From contig CAWFQB010000001.1 in the NCBI GenBank assembly GCA_963817895.1, positions 1,408,001 to 1,472,000 on the forward strand: a stretch of 64,000 nucleotides of DNA, given 5' to 3'. Position numbers and translations under genes: made by a program. The notes below the pieces were generated by a model, which saw nothing but the letters and a program-made list of their open reading frames with translations, was not told the DNA's origin and did not search any database. Of this stretch, positions 21,941 through 32,130 are shown one piece after another; positions within the stretch are counted from its first letter, which is position 1, and each line of letters starts with the position of its first letter. This stretch comes from an uncultured Chthonomonadaceae bacterium (lineage in GTDB: Bacteria; Armatimonadota; Chthonomonadetes; Chthonomonadales; Chthonomonadaceae).

Positions 21941-24900
21941 TTACTGCTTCATTTGCTCAATCGCTTCCAGTACGGAACGGCGATACATTTGGTACTCGCT
22001 GCGCGGCCATTTGGCGTCGTGGTCACGGTCGCCCAGATGGAAGGCCGCCAGTTTTGTATTCAGGAGGCGGCGTGCATCGGCGGCATGGGCATGGTTTGGA
22101 TGGGCGCGAAGCAGGCGGGAAAGCGTCAGCATCGCCCGGTAATCGTCTATGCCGCCCCGAATGTCGCGCTCGAAATGAATGGCGGGAAGCAGTTCGCGCC
22201 GCGCGTTGGTCGTAACCCAGGCGTAATCGTCCTCACGCGAATCCAGCGCGTAATAAGGGTCGCCCGCCGCCGCGTTCCAGTGCCACGACAGCCGAAATTT
22301 CATGCCGTACTCCTGCGCGCATTTGAACATGTAGGTTCCGAACGTCCACCGGCTGCCGTCGTTGTAAAACGCCCACGCGCCGCCCGCATCCTTGATGGCT
22401 TTCAGCGCGGCCTCGTCGTGCAGGTTCAGGTTGGCGATTTTCAGGGCGCGGGCAAGCGCGAGATGCGGGTCATTGGAAGGGGCCGAGGGTTGTACGCTGG
22501 TCGCGCCCGTTGTCAGTATACCTTCGGGGGCGGCTTCGCGCCACGCCCGCGCATTCTCCGCCGCCCGAACCGCGTCGTCGCCAATGGGTTCGTCGCATAA
22601 ATTAAACGCGACGGGCAGCCAGCGGGCGCTACGGGCGTGGCTGTCAACAACGGTGAGAACCGCGCGCAGAAAGTCGGGATAACGGTCGAAGCCCGCCGCC
22701 TTCATCGCCGCCTCATCTATGCCGTAATTGTTGAAACCGCCAATCCCGCCGTTGTAATTGACCACGATGCTGTGAAAGCCGAGATCGCGCGCGTCCGCCA
22801 TTTCCCGGTCGGCCTGCGTAAAGTCAATGTCGGGTACGCGATTATTCCAGCCCTTAATGTTCAGGGTCGGGATACCGGAAAAGGTCGTGCAGCCGTATTC
22901 GCGCATTTTGGCGAGGCTTTTGCGGAACATTTCGCGGTTGTAATCACCGGTTTCCCCGCCCTGCCAGGGCAGATTCAGCGTGCTGCCCCAGGGACCGGCG
23001 GGAACATCCAACTCGTCGAGCAGCGTGGCGAACAGACGGGCATGTACCGGCAGCATATCGGTTCGCCCGTCCGCGAAGCGCAGCGTTATTTGTCCCTGAT
23101 AGTCGCCCGCCATGACCTTTTGCGGAACTCGCAGCGTGAGCCAGAAGGTGGTGGTGTCGCCCTTGCGGATGTCGCCCACATTGCGCGGCAGAATAAAGCG
23201 GGGCGCAATGGTATACACAGTTCCCTCTCCCGTCACGCGGGTCAGGCGGTGGGACACGATGCCCATTCGTACCGCGCTTGCGGGAACCACGCCCTGCTTT
23301 GACTTCAAATCCGAAATGGAAACTGTTACCGCGCCATTCTCGCGCAGGCTGTGCAGGGAAAAGACGAGCGGTTCCTGCTGTCCGGCAGCCGCGCAAACGT
23401 CAAGGGGTTTGCGAACCTCTTCCCGGCGCGGAACCCCATTGATGGGTACATCCTCCATCGGGTCGCGGGCAAACAGCGCGTATCCCTGCTTCTGCTCCTG
23501 TGGCGTGGGCGCGAAAGCGGGAATGAAGCCCCTGCTGTCCCGGCGCGGATTGGGCAAAACGCGCTTGAAATAGTTGTCAAAGTAGAAGCGGCGGCGTTCA
23601 CGCAGATTGGCAAGGTACTGTTTGCCCAATTTGGCCTGCGACGCGGGATAAATGACGAGCGCGGAAACGGTGTTGGCATACGCTTCTCCCTCGAAATCCA
23701 GCGTCAGTTGCCCGTTCTTCACATCCGCGTCGAACTCTTTCTCCTGAAAATACGTCTTCTGGTACTTGTCGAACGTGTTGTCTTGCGGCCTGTCTTCCAC
23801 ATCGGCGTAGCGGAAATACTTTTGCAGAAAGCGGGGCAAATCCATCGTGTCCTGTACGACGGGAACGCCATTCGCTTTCACAGTTCGCTTGCGGTACGTC
23901 TGGTACTCGCCCCAAAACCCGGAGGGGCTGTCCAGATTGAGAAATACGTGGTACTTGCCATCCGGCAAGTCAACCGCAAACCCGCCGCTTTCAATGCACA
24001 TAATTCTTTGATACAGCGGGTCGGGCTGCTTCACATCGAAGGCATGCCATACGCGGGCGTTTTTCAGGCCGTAGCCGCGTCCCGGCGTGTACAGGGTTGC
24101 GGGCGACACGGGAATAAAGCCGCGCAGCGTGGTTCCGGTTTCCGGGCCGAACGAGAACGCCTGTAGGCCGGGAACGCGAACGCTGTCCGACAGGTCGCGT
24201 TCAAGGCGCAGGTTGTCGAAGAAAACGGGCGTTTTCGCGCCGTCTACATTCAATACGAGGCGGGTAATATGCGCCTTATCAAGCGCGCGTCCGGGGCGGC
24301 TCTTTTCCCCGACGTACAAATCCGTTGGCAAAATCAGGGTTGACGCGCCCGGTGGCACAACCGTATTGTAGTTTACCCGCGTCCAGTAGTCCGTCGTACC
24401 CTGATCGCGCAATTCGACAGTCAGCGTCGCGGATTCGTCGCCGGGATTGTAGACGTCCGCTTTGAAAAAGTCGTAACCCGTCCAGTCCTGCGCCCCGTCC
24501 CAAATCGCGTAGCCTTTCTGGATGCGCAGAGCAGAGGCTCCTTTGTTCTGCGCGTTGGGCGGCGCGGCGACATCAATGCCGTCACCGGGCGTGAACGGCG
24601 CGACCTTGCCGTTTTCAAAATCGGCGAGAATGCGGACGGGCGGCGTGGAGGGCGTAACAGAATGGGCGTTCAAATCCGCGCCACAGGCGTAGCACTGCCC
24701 CCACATCGGCAGGTTGCGATACCCGCAGTCGGGGCAGTGAACGGCGGTTCTGGCGTCCAGTGGGGCGGGCGGCGCAATCGGCTTCTCTTCCCTGCCCCAT
24801 ATTGGCCCGTTCGTCAGGGCAACATCGGCGGAAACCCGCTCTAATTTCGCGTCATCCACCCACAAACGCCCGCTTCCCCACAGCCCGATACGAAAGAAGA

Positions 24901-25360
24901 TTTCCTGCGTTTTCGGCACATCCTTGACGATTTCCAGCTGCGTCCAGCCGAACGTTCCCGATTTTTTTAACGGAACATAGGCATCGTCGGCAAAGTTCAC
25001 GTCCTCGCTGAAACCGTAAATACCGCTTCCCACATCCAGCCCGCGCGCGTAGCAGGCAAAGCGATACCGCCCCGGCATCACGGTCACAGCCGGACTCGAA
25101 AGCCGCATTTTCACGCCGGGTGAACCGTCCATTTCCGCGCTTGTTTTGCCCTCATGCGCCACTTTGCCGATCCGAAACGCGCCCGCGCCCTCAAACAGCC
25201 ACCCGCTCCACTTCCGATAGGGAACGCCGAACTGATTAGGCGACTGCGTCTCTTCAATGGACGCATCCGGCAGTAAGTTTTGCTGCGCCCCAACCCTGCT
25301 CTGCGCTAAAATTAATGCCATCATCAGCGACAGCAGTTTGCCAAAACCACATTGTTTCAT
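21941..25360 (-). CDS. Large secreted multi-domain putative glycoside hydrolase (CBM-like modules, zinc ribbon, GH123/DUF4091-like C-terminus)
   Basis: Signal peptide, LWVDDAKL and FDNLRL CBM-like ends, CPDC…CYAC, NLCDEP and IRGGIDDYR. Confidence 0.65.
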   Translation of the reverse strand: MKQCGFGKLLSLMMALILAQSRVGAQQNLLPDASIEETQSPNQFGVPYRKWSGWLFEGAGAFRIGKVAHEGKTSAEMDGSPGVKMRLSSPAVTVMPGRYRFACYARGLDVGSGIYGFSEDVNFADDAYVPLKKSGTFGWTQLEIVKDVPKTQEIFFRIGLWGSGRLWVDDAKLERVSADVALTNGPIWGREEKPIAPPAPLDARTAVHCPDCGYRNLPMWGQCYACGADLNAHSVTPSTPPVRILADFENGKVAPFTPGDGIDVAAPPNAQNKGASALRIQKGYAIWDGAQDWTGYDFFKADVYNPGDESATLTVELRDQGTTDYWTRVNYNTVVPPGASTLILPTDLYVGEKSRPGRALDKAHITRLVLNVDGAKTPVFFDNLRLERDLSDSVRVPGLQAFSFGPETGTTLRGFIPVSPATLYTPGRGYGLKNARVWHAFDVKQPDPLYQRIMCIESGGFAVDLPDGKYHVFLNLDSPSGFWGEYQTYRKRTVKANGVPVVQDTMDLPRFLQKYFRYADVEDRPQDNTFDKYQKTYFQEKEFDADVKNGQLTLDFEGEAYANTVSALVIYPASQAKLGKQYLANLRERRRFYFDNYFKRVLPNPRRDSRGFIPAFAPTPQEQKQGYALFARDPMEDVPINGVPRREEVRKPLDVCAAAGQQEPLVFSLHSLRENGAVTVSISDLKSKQGVVPASAVRMGIVSHRLTRVTGEGTVYTIAPRFILPRNVGDIRKGDTTTFWLTLRVPQKVMAGDYQGQITLRFADGRTDMLPVHARLFATLLDELDVPAGPWGSTLNLPWQGGETGDYNREMFRKSLAKMREYGCTTFSGIPTLNIKGWNNRVPDIDFTQADREMADARDLGFHSIVVNYNGGIGGFNNYGIDEAAMKAAGFDRYPDFLRAVLTVVDSHARSARWLPVAFNLCDEPIGDDAVRAAENARAWREAAPEGILTTGATSVQPSAPSNDPHLALARALKIANLNLHDEAALKAIKDAGGAWAFYNDGSRWTFGTYMFKCAQEYGMKFRLSWHWNAAAGDPYYALDSREDDYAWVTTNARRELLPAIHFERDIRGGIDDYRAMLTLSRLLRAHPNHAHAADARRLLNTKLAAFHLGDRDHDAKWPRSEYQMYRRSVLEAIEQMKQ

Positions 25361-25541
25361 AAGGATTCTTTCTTGCGCTTTCTTGCTCATTTCGCAAAAT
25401 GCAGCGCTTGTTTTAACCGCAAAAATCTTCATACCGCGTTATCGCCGCGAAAAAGTATAAATGCCACTGGAGATTTTTCAGGGATGCTTATTATACAGTT
25501 AAAACAGTGTATACTAACTTCCATATAAAAGGGAGGCACTT

Positions 25542-26015
25542 ATGTCAGCGCAAGACAACACCAATCCAGCAGACGACGCAAACGCGACAACGCCGCAACA
25601 GTCCGGCGCTACGCCAACACCCGATTATGACCATATCGCGGGACAGGCGCAATCTATCATCGCAAGCCAGCTTCCCAATGTTCTGGCGTTGGCGAACAAG
25701 CTACAGACAAGTCCTGAACACCATGAGGATTTCAACCAGAACTCCGTAGATGCCGCCAAAAATCTTACCGGGTGGCAAGTGCCAAACGGCATGGATGTTG
25801 CTCATGACCCTGCAACCAACTCCGTGACTCTCAGCCACCAGATTCCGATTTCCAGTTCCAATCCGCAGCCTCATTCTGAACAGGGCGTTCCGCCTGCCCC
25901 AACGATCAATTTCAATCTGACGGTAATTAATGTCAACACTGTCAATATCGCGCTTGGCGGCGTACCGAGTCATGCCGACCTGACTACGCCTGCTGCCCCG
26001 GACGAAATGGCATAG
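25542..26015 (+). CDS. Orphan 157-aa protein with an NHLP-leader-like segment and an N/V/I/T-rich segment
   Basis: Strong GGGAGG RBS; see findings for the motif interpretation. Confidence 0.75.
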   Translation: MSAQDNTNPADDANATTPQQSGATPTPDYDHIAGQAQSIIASQLPNVLALANKLQTSPEHHEDFNQNSVDAAKNLTGWQVPNGMDVAHDPATNSVTLSHQIPISSSNPQPHSEQGVPPAPTINFNLTVINVNTVNIALGGVPSHADLTTPAAPDEMA

Positions 26016-26078
26016 AGCCTATCCCGATAGGTTCCCCTTCTCCCAACTTTGGGAGAAGAGGCCAGGGGTTGAGGGCCA
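26013..26078. repeat. Solo MITE-like end plus REP-like hairpin
   Basis: TAGAGCCTATCCCGATAGG (26013-26031) matches the 39084-39187 ends; CTTCTCCCAACTTTGGGAGAAG hairpin resembles the one at 5796. Confidence 0.65.
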
Positions 26079-26099
26079 GTTGGGAGAGATTTTTAGTGG

Positions 26100-28736
26100 T
26101 TAGCGAGTAGCATACTCATGCGCCTGTTGTAGATTCATGGCAAGGCCTCGCGCATAGGATCGCTCGAAAATCTCTTTTCCTGAAACCTGTTGCAATTCCT
26201 CCAGAGTATGCGCCATTTCTTCCCGCTCCCTGACGGGAAGGGGCGCGCCAATGGTTTCGCGGAGCGCGGACGCTGCGCCATAAAGCTGCGCGGCGCGTTC
26301 GGCTTGATTTTGCATCCGGGCAAGCGCGGCAAACCCCTCCAGAGCGTAAGTGGTGACAAACTTTTCTTCCAGACTGCGGCAGACTGTAAGACACTCGCCA
26401 AGACAGGTATAAGCGTACTCGCCGTCGCCCTGCTGTAGCGCTGTCAGTCCAAGGTTGCACAGCGCAATTGCCGTGCCATGCGTGTCGTTCAACTCGCGGC
26501 GCAGCAGGAGACTCTCCTCGTGGAGTTCGCGGGAACGCGCGCTGTCGTTTGCCTCCTGCGCCAGCAGTCCCAAATTCCCCAGCGCGCGGGCGATTCCCTG
26601 CCGGTCGTCCATGTCTCGATACAGGGCAAGACTCTCCTGCTGCAAATCCATTGCGCGTTCAGGATCGCCCTGCTCCTGCGCCAGCAATCCCAGGTTGCAT
26701 AAGGCCGCGGCAAGCCCCTTCCTGTCGCCCAGGATGCGTTGTATCTCCAGACTCTCCTCATGGAATACGCGCGCCTGCTCCATTTCACCCTGTAACTGCG
26801 CCAGATTGCCGGCTCCGTTGAGCGCGTCGGCTCGCGCCCGCGTCGGAGTCCGCGCTTCGGGACGGTTGAGCAGAACGCTTAAATAGGCGCGTTCCTCCGC
26901 CAGATACCCCCGCGTCAAAAACACTCTCCACAGGGCCGCCGCCATTCGCAAGCCATACTCCGCGCTGTCGGCGTCTTCACAGCAGAAGTTGAGGGCCGCG
27001 CGCAGGTTGTCCAGCTCGGTTTCCAGCAGGGACAGGGTTGCGGCCTGTGACGCGCCACGCAGTTTGGGCCGCGCTTCTTCGGCCAGCATCAGAAAATAGT
27101 CGCGATGCCGCTTACATACAGCCTCCTGCTGCCCGCTTGCCGCCAGTTTTTCACGGGCGTACTGGCGAATCGTTTCCAGCAGATGATAGCGCGTTTCGCC
27201 CCGGACTTCCTCACAAACCACGAGGGACTTGTCTGCCAGAGCCGACAGCAAATCCAGCGTATCCCACGCTTCCGCGCCGTCTTCGGCGGCAACCTGTTCG
27301 CAGGCTTCCAGTGTCCAGCCGCCAACGAAAACAGACAGGCGGCACAGCAGGGCTTGTTCATGCTCGTTTAGCAAGTCGTAGCTCCAGTCAATAAGGGCGC
27401 GAAGGGTTTGCTGGCGCGGCAGAGCGGTACGGCTGCCGCCCGTAAGCAGGCGAAAGCAGTCGTCCAGTTTGGAAGCGATCTGTTCCACGCTCAACACCTT
27501 GACCCGAACGGCGGCCAGTTCAATGGCGAGTGGAATTCCATCCAGACGATAACATATTTGCGCCAGCGCGGGCGCGTTGTTTTCGGTAATCGCAAAATGG
27601 GGCTGCAACGCGGTCGCCCGTTCGCTGAACAGTTGAACCGATTCGCATTGGGTTATGGCGGCAATTCGGGCTTGTCCCAAAGGCAAGTGGCGGGGGTTCA
27701 GGCGAGTCAGAGGGGGTACAGGGTAGGTTGCTTCCCCCGCAATCCCCAATCCCTCCCGGCTGCTGGCAAGGATGCGCAGGCCGGGACAACTTTTAAGTAG
27801 CGTATCGGCGAGGCGCGCGCAGGACTGAATCAGATGTTCGCAGTTATCCAGAATCAGCAGCAGGTTTTTGTTCTTCAGAGACGCCGTCAGCGTGTCCAGC
27901 AGGGGAGAACCTGCCTGCTCCTGTACTTTCAGCGCGACGGCAACCGCCTGCGGCGTCAGGGTCGGGTCGGAAAGCGACGCCAGTTCCACCAGCCAGACGC
28001 CATCCGTGTACTGTTCCAGAATTTCGGCTCCCACTTGCAGCGTAATCCGGGTTTTGCCCGTCCCCCCGCTGCCGGTAAGTGTCAGCAGGCGCGTGCTGCC
28101 CATCAGTTGTTGGATCTCGCGCAGTTGTTGTTCGCGCCCTACAAAACTCGTCAGCTGCTGCGGCAGGTTGTTGGGCAGCGCGTCCAGAGATCGAAGGGGC
28201 GGAAACTCGAATGGCAGATGGGGATGCAGCAGTTGATAGGCGTGTTCGGGGCGCTGTAAATCTTTGAGGCGACACGCTCCCATAAATTTGAGGCTGATGT
28301 CGAGGGGCGGATTATCCCGCGCCATGTCGCAGGCGGCCTGCGACAACAGGATTTGCCCGCCATACGCCAGCGCCTGCAAACGCGCGGTTCGGTTTAACGT
28401 TGGGCCAAAATAGTCGTTGTCGCGCTCCTGAGCCGTCCCGGTATGGATAGCCATTCGCGCGCGCAACGCCCCCATTTCCCCCCACACATAAGAATTCAGG
28501 GCGGATTGCGCGGACACGGCGGCATTGATGGCGTCCTGCGGCGTGGCGAAAGCGGCGCAGAACGCATCCCCGACCGTCTTGAACACATAGCCGTTGTGCG
28601 CTTCAATGGCGCGGCGCATCAAAACATCATGCGCCTCCAGGGAAGCGGGCATGGCGTCCGGGTATTGTTCCCACAGCCGGGTACTGCCTTCAACGTCCGT
28701 GAAGAGAAATGTAATGGTTCCACTCGGCGGTTTCAT
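26100..28736 (-). CDS. Class III adenylate/guanylate cyclase - STAND (NB-ARC-like) ATPase - TPR protein
   Basis: FLFTDVEGST, GDAF and LNRTARL cyclase motifs; Walker A GSGGTGKT; Walker [25 protein letters not shown] repeats (ALCNLG). Confidence 0.93.
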   Translation of the reverse strand: MKPPSGTITFLFTDVEGSTRLWEQYPDAMPASLEAHDVLMRRAIEAHNGYVFKTVGDAFCAAFATPQDAINAAVSAQSALNSYVWGEMGALRARMAIHTGTAQERDNDYFGPTLNRTARLQALAYGGQILLSQAACDMARDNPPLDISLKFMGACRLKDLQRPEHAYQLLHPHLPFEFPPLRSLDALPNNLPQQLTSFVGREQQLREIQQLMGSTRLLTLTGSGGTGKTRITLQVGAEILEQYTDGVWLVELASLSDPTLTPQAVAVALKVQEQAGSPLLDTLTASLKNKNLLLILDNCEHLIQSCARLADTLLKSCPGLRILASSREGLGIAGEATYPVPPLTRLNPRHLPLGQARIAAITQCESVQLFSERATALQPHFAITENNAPALAQICYRLDGIPLAIELAAVRVKVLSVEQIASKLDDCFRLLTGGSRTALPRQQTLRALIDWSYDLLNEHEQALLCRLSVFVGGWTLEACEQVAAEDGAEAWDTLDLLSALADKSLVVCEEVRGETRYHLLETIRQYAREKLAASGQQEAVCKRHRDYFLMLAEEARPKLRGASQAATLSLLETELDNLRAALNFCCEDADSAEYGLRMAAALWRVFLTRGYLAEERAYLSVLLNRPEARTPTRARADALNGAGNLAQLQGEMEQARVFHEESLEIQRILGDRKGLAAALCNLGLLAQEQGDPERAMDLQQESLALYRDMDDRQGIARALGNLGLLAQEANDSARSRELHEESLLLRRELNDTHGTAIALCNLGLTALQQGDGEYAYTCLGECLTVCRSLEEKFVTTYALEGFAALARMQNQAERAAQLYGAASALRETIGAPLPVREREEMAHTLEELQQVSGKEIFERSYARGLAMNLQQAHEYATR

Positions 28737-28835
28737 TCAATTCTCCATACATCCTTGCCCCTACTTTCAGTGAAAACAAGCAAAACGCTTATCAGATAAG
28801 ACCTGATAAGCGTTATAAATCGGAGTTGGCATGTA

Positions 28836-29275
28836 TTAGAAAATGGCAAAAGGAGAAGTTCTTCCCTTAATCCATTCCGTGAACTCTTCAATGGAAAGTT
28901 GCTTTTCTTGAAAAGCAAGCGCCACTTTAACAGCATCTTCATCAAATCGCAGCCCATCATATATTTTCATGTCATAGCCATTAAGTTCAAGGAAGGACAC
29001 GCATGTATACAGGCCTGTTCTTTTGTTGGCTCCGTAGAAGACATGATTGACAATGATCCGTTCGGCTATCGTGGCGGCTTTATCAAAAATGCTGGGAAAC
29101 GATCTTCGCCAAAACGTTGTATTTATATCTCTTCAAGTATGTAATCCAGCGAAGTTCGATAAAGCAGATTGTCTGTCCCTACATACTCTTCGCCCGAAGC
29201 GATGATGAACCATCTGTTGATTTCAACGATAGCTTCAACGCTTGGCACTTTTAGTACTTGGCGAGTTCCATCCAT
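28836..29275 (-). pseudogene. Doc/Fic family toxin pseudogene (not in the ORF track)
   Basis: Manual translation gives …IVEINRW…EEI*…FDKAATIAERIIVNHVFYGANKRTG…FLELNG…, a Doc-like HxFxxxNKRT motif. TAA at 29123-29125 plus about two frameshifts. Confidence 0.8.
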
Positions 29276-29427
29276 GTTTTGCTGTGACGTTCCATTCGGC
29301 GCTTTGCTATGGCTAAAAATTCGGCATCAATTTCAGCTTGTGTCGGCTTAGGGACATTCTCCGACTGATCCACTAAATTCGTTTTGGGGTCAGGAGTAAT
29401 TTTGGGTTGAATCTCTATAGCAGCCAT
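29251..29427 (-). CDS. Putative antitoxin of the Doc module
   Basis: 58 aa ending MERHSKTWMELAKY, a typical Doc-antitoxin-like C-terminal helix; overlaps the doc start. Confidence 0.7.
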   Translation of the reverse strand: MAAIEIQPKITPDPKTNLVDQSENVPKPTQAEIDAEFLAIAKRRMERHSKTWMELAKY

Positions 29428-29667
29428 AGCGCTACCCTCCGTCACAGACATAATTTATAGTGTGATTGTATCACATATTCTATACATTGTCAAAGAACGT
29501 GGCGGGGAAATCACCTGCAAATTTGTGATTAATTGAGCAGTAAGGTACATTGAGGTGAGAAAATTTCTCACTACTGTGTTAGTGCTTCAAACCACGAACT
29601 ATTTGAAACAGGCATCCTCTAGTTGGGCGCTCGGTTGGGCGTCAAGCCCACCGTGTCCAATGCGTTC

Positions 29668-30054
29668 CTATGCTTCTTTAAACTGTGGTTGCTCATAGCT
29701 ATTCGGCTGTAGCCAGAAGGAAACACGACCGTTTTTCTCGCTACGATGAGCTAATGACTTAACTTCTGATGGTTTGAGTATAAAAGTTGATGGGGCTTCA
29801 GACGCTACTTTGTTAATGATGACCCAGTAATCACCCATACAGTTGTCAAGTGAAGTTCCGAGAGGTACCGGATTGCGTTTGCTTAGAGCCTTAACCTGAA
29901 TGCCGATAAAGCGAGAGGCATCGCCGCTATACGCGATGATGTCTACACCACGAGCGTTTCTAGCTGTTGGCATCACGTTCCAGCCCAACCGTGAAAGTTT
30001 GTAGCAGCAGTAGTACAAGCCCACGTTACCAGTGATCTGAGGATTGAGGTTCAT
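29668..30054 (-). CDS. PD-(D/E)XK-type nuclease-like protein, possibly truncated by a W>stop change
   Basis: GVDII…IQVK motif; the frame continues ERIGHGG after the TAG. Confidence 0.7.
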   Translation of the reverse strand: MNLNPQITGNVGLYYCCYKLSRLGWNVMPTARNARGVDIIAYSGDASRFIGIQVKALSKRNPVPLGTSLDNCMGDYWVIINKVASEAPSTFILKPSEVKSLAHRSEKNGRVSFWLQPNSYEQPQFKEA

Positions 30055-30101
30055 ACGATCTTTAATGCTCAACTAGAAATTTTCCTTCGTTAAGATTCGG
30101 A

Positions 30102-31145
30102 TTACTGACGTAAGCGCGGGTCGAGGGCGTCACGGAGGGCGTCGCCGAAGAAGTTAAAGGCCATGACCGTCAGAGCGAGGAGGAGGCTAGGGTAGAGCAG
30201 CAGCATGGGATGCCCCTGCATCTGGTCCCGCGCCTCGTTGATCATGCGGCCCCAACTCGGATACGGCGGGGCCACGCCCAAGCCCAAAAACGCCAGCGTC
30301 GCTTCCGCCAGAATTACGCCCGCCATGTCCTGCGTTATCTGCACGATGAGCGGACTCAGGACGTTGGGGAAGACGTGTTTCCAGATGATGGAACTGTCGG
30401 ACGCGCCCAACGCCCGCGCCGCTTCGATATATTCTTTTTCGCGCAAGGCCAGAGTCTGCCCACGTACCAGACGCGCCACGCCCGGCCAACCGACCGCGCC
30501 AAGCGAGATAAACAGCGCAGTCAGACTGAGCGGCATGGATACCACCTGATTGGCGCCCCGTATCACGGCTGCCAGCAGAATCGCCAGCAGAATGTCGGGA
30601 AAGGCGAACACCACATCGGTTACGCGCATCAGCAGCGTGTCCAAGCGCCCGCTGTAGAACCCGGCAATCAGGCCGAGCGGAACGCCAATCAGGGCTTCCA
30701 GAACCACCACGAGCAGGGCCACGCCAAGCGAAACCCGCGCGCCGTACAGCAGCCGGGATAGCACGTCCCGGCCCAAATCGTCCGTGCCGAGCAGGTGGCG
30801 GGCGTCCGGCGGCGCGGGCAGTTGCGCGTAGTGGCTGTAGTCCTGCGACGCATACCCCCACTTCGCCAGCAGGGGCGCGAAAATCGCCGCCACAATCAGC
30901 AGTCCCATATACGCCAGACACGCCAGCGCGACCGGATTGCGCCGCAGCCGACGCCATGCTTCAAGAAGAGGAGAAGAGGAGAAGAGGAGAAGAGGAGACA
31001 GGGAGGCATCGTCTTCGGGAGTCCATGTCGACATTTCGGTACTCGTTTCCAGTCCACCCGGCGCGGCAATCAGCCCTGTCAAGTCCGTCGCCTCTTCTCT
31101 CCCCCTCTCCTCTTCTCCTCTTCTCCTCTTCTCCTCTTCTTGCAT
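30102..31145 (-). CDS. oppC: Oligopeptide ABC transporter permease OppC
   Basis: LGTDDLGRD, EYIEAARALGAS and GDALRDALDPR motifs; N-terminus contains repeat-derived sequence. Confidence 0.92.
   Translation of the reverse strand: MQEEEKRRRGEEERGREEATDLTGLIAAPGGLETSTEMSTWTPEDDASLSPLLLFSSSPLLEAWRRLRRNPVALACLAYMGLLIVAAIFAPLLAKWGYASQDYSHYAQLPAPPDARHLLGTDDLGRDVLSRLLYGARVSLGVALLVVVLEALIGVPLGLIAGFYSGRLDTLLMRVTDVVFAFPDILLAILLAAVIRGANQVVSMPLSLTALFISLGAVGWPGVARLVRGQTLALREKEYIEAARALGASDSSIIWKHVFPNVLSPLIVQITQDMAGVILAEATLAFLGLGVAPPYPSWGRMINEARDQMQGHPMLLLYPSLLLALTVMAFNFFGDALRDALDPRLRQ
30964..31140. repeat. Inverted pair of (GAAGAGGA)n octamer arrays inside the oppC 5' region
   Basis: Purine arm at 30964-31000 and pyrimidine arm at 31092-31140; reading frame preserved. 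Confidence 0.9.
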
Positions 31146-32126
31146 TAAGCCGCTCCCTGTACGCGCACACGCGGGTCAATCAGGCCATACAGCACGTCTA
31201 CGGCCAGATTGACGAGCAGGAAAATGGCGGCGACCAGCAGCGTCATGCCCTGAATCACCGGGTAATCATGCACAATTATGGATTCATACGACGCGCGCCC
31301 GATGCCGGGTACGCGGAAAATGGTTTCCACCACAAACGAGCCGGTCAGCAGAATTCCGAAGTTCGTGCCTAAAATCGTCAGCACGGGCAGAAAAGCATTT
31401 TTCAGGGCGTGTCGACGCACGGCCTGACGCGCGCGATAAGCCTTTGGCAAGGGCGGTACGCATGTAATCCTGCCGCAGCACTTCCAGCAGCGCGCCCCGC
31501 ATGAACCGGGCCACGAGCGCCGCCGAACGCGCGCCGAGCGCGAGTGTCGGTAACAGGGTATCCGTGTAAATCGGCGTGGGAAAGCCCGCCAGAAACACCT
31601 GATTGTTGGGCTGTTTCCAGCCGCTGACCGGCAGAAAATGCAGTTTTACGGCAAAGGCCAGCACGAGCAGTGGCCCCAACACGATGCTCGGAACCGAGAC
31701 AAGCGCGACCACAACCGTCATCGCCGCCCGGTCAAACCAGCGGTTGTGATACAGCGCGGCCAGAATCCCGACCAGCAGGCCCAAACTTGTGGCGAACAGG
31801 AGGGATTGCAGCGCGAGTTGCGCCGTGACGGGAAAATCCTGCCGGATCATTTCCGATACGGGCTGCTGATTGCGATACCGGTACGCCCGCCCGAAATCGC
31901 CATGCAGGACAATCCCCGTCACATAACTGCCGAACTGTACGCCGACAGAGCGATCCAGGCCGTACTCGCGCCGCATCCGCGCTTTGGTTTCCAGCGACGC
32001 CTTTTCCCCCGCGATAATATCCACAGGGTCAGAGGGCGTCAATCGAGCCGACCAGAAGACCACCGCGAGGATAACCAGCAGCGTGGGAACGGCAAGCGCG
32101 AGGCGTTTTAGAATGAAGAGGAGCAT
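31145..32126 (-). CDS. oppB: Oligopeptide ABC transporter permease OppB, frameshift near 31435
   Basis: DYMRTALAKGL continues in another frame as RHALKNAFLPV…DYPVIQG…IDPR. Confidence 0.9.
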
Positions 32127-32130
32127 AGCG

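Noticed and set aside
10565..29670. Amber (TAG) recoding suggested by in-frame TAGs at about 10565, 12350, 18884 and 29668
   Set aside because: Conserved genes such as tsaD, apbC and pit terminate normally at TAG, the implied residues differ (Q, E, W), and the affected genes are accessory and mostly carry other lesions.
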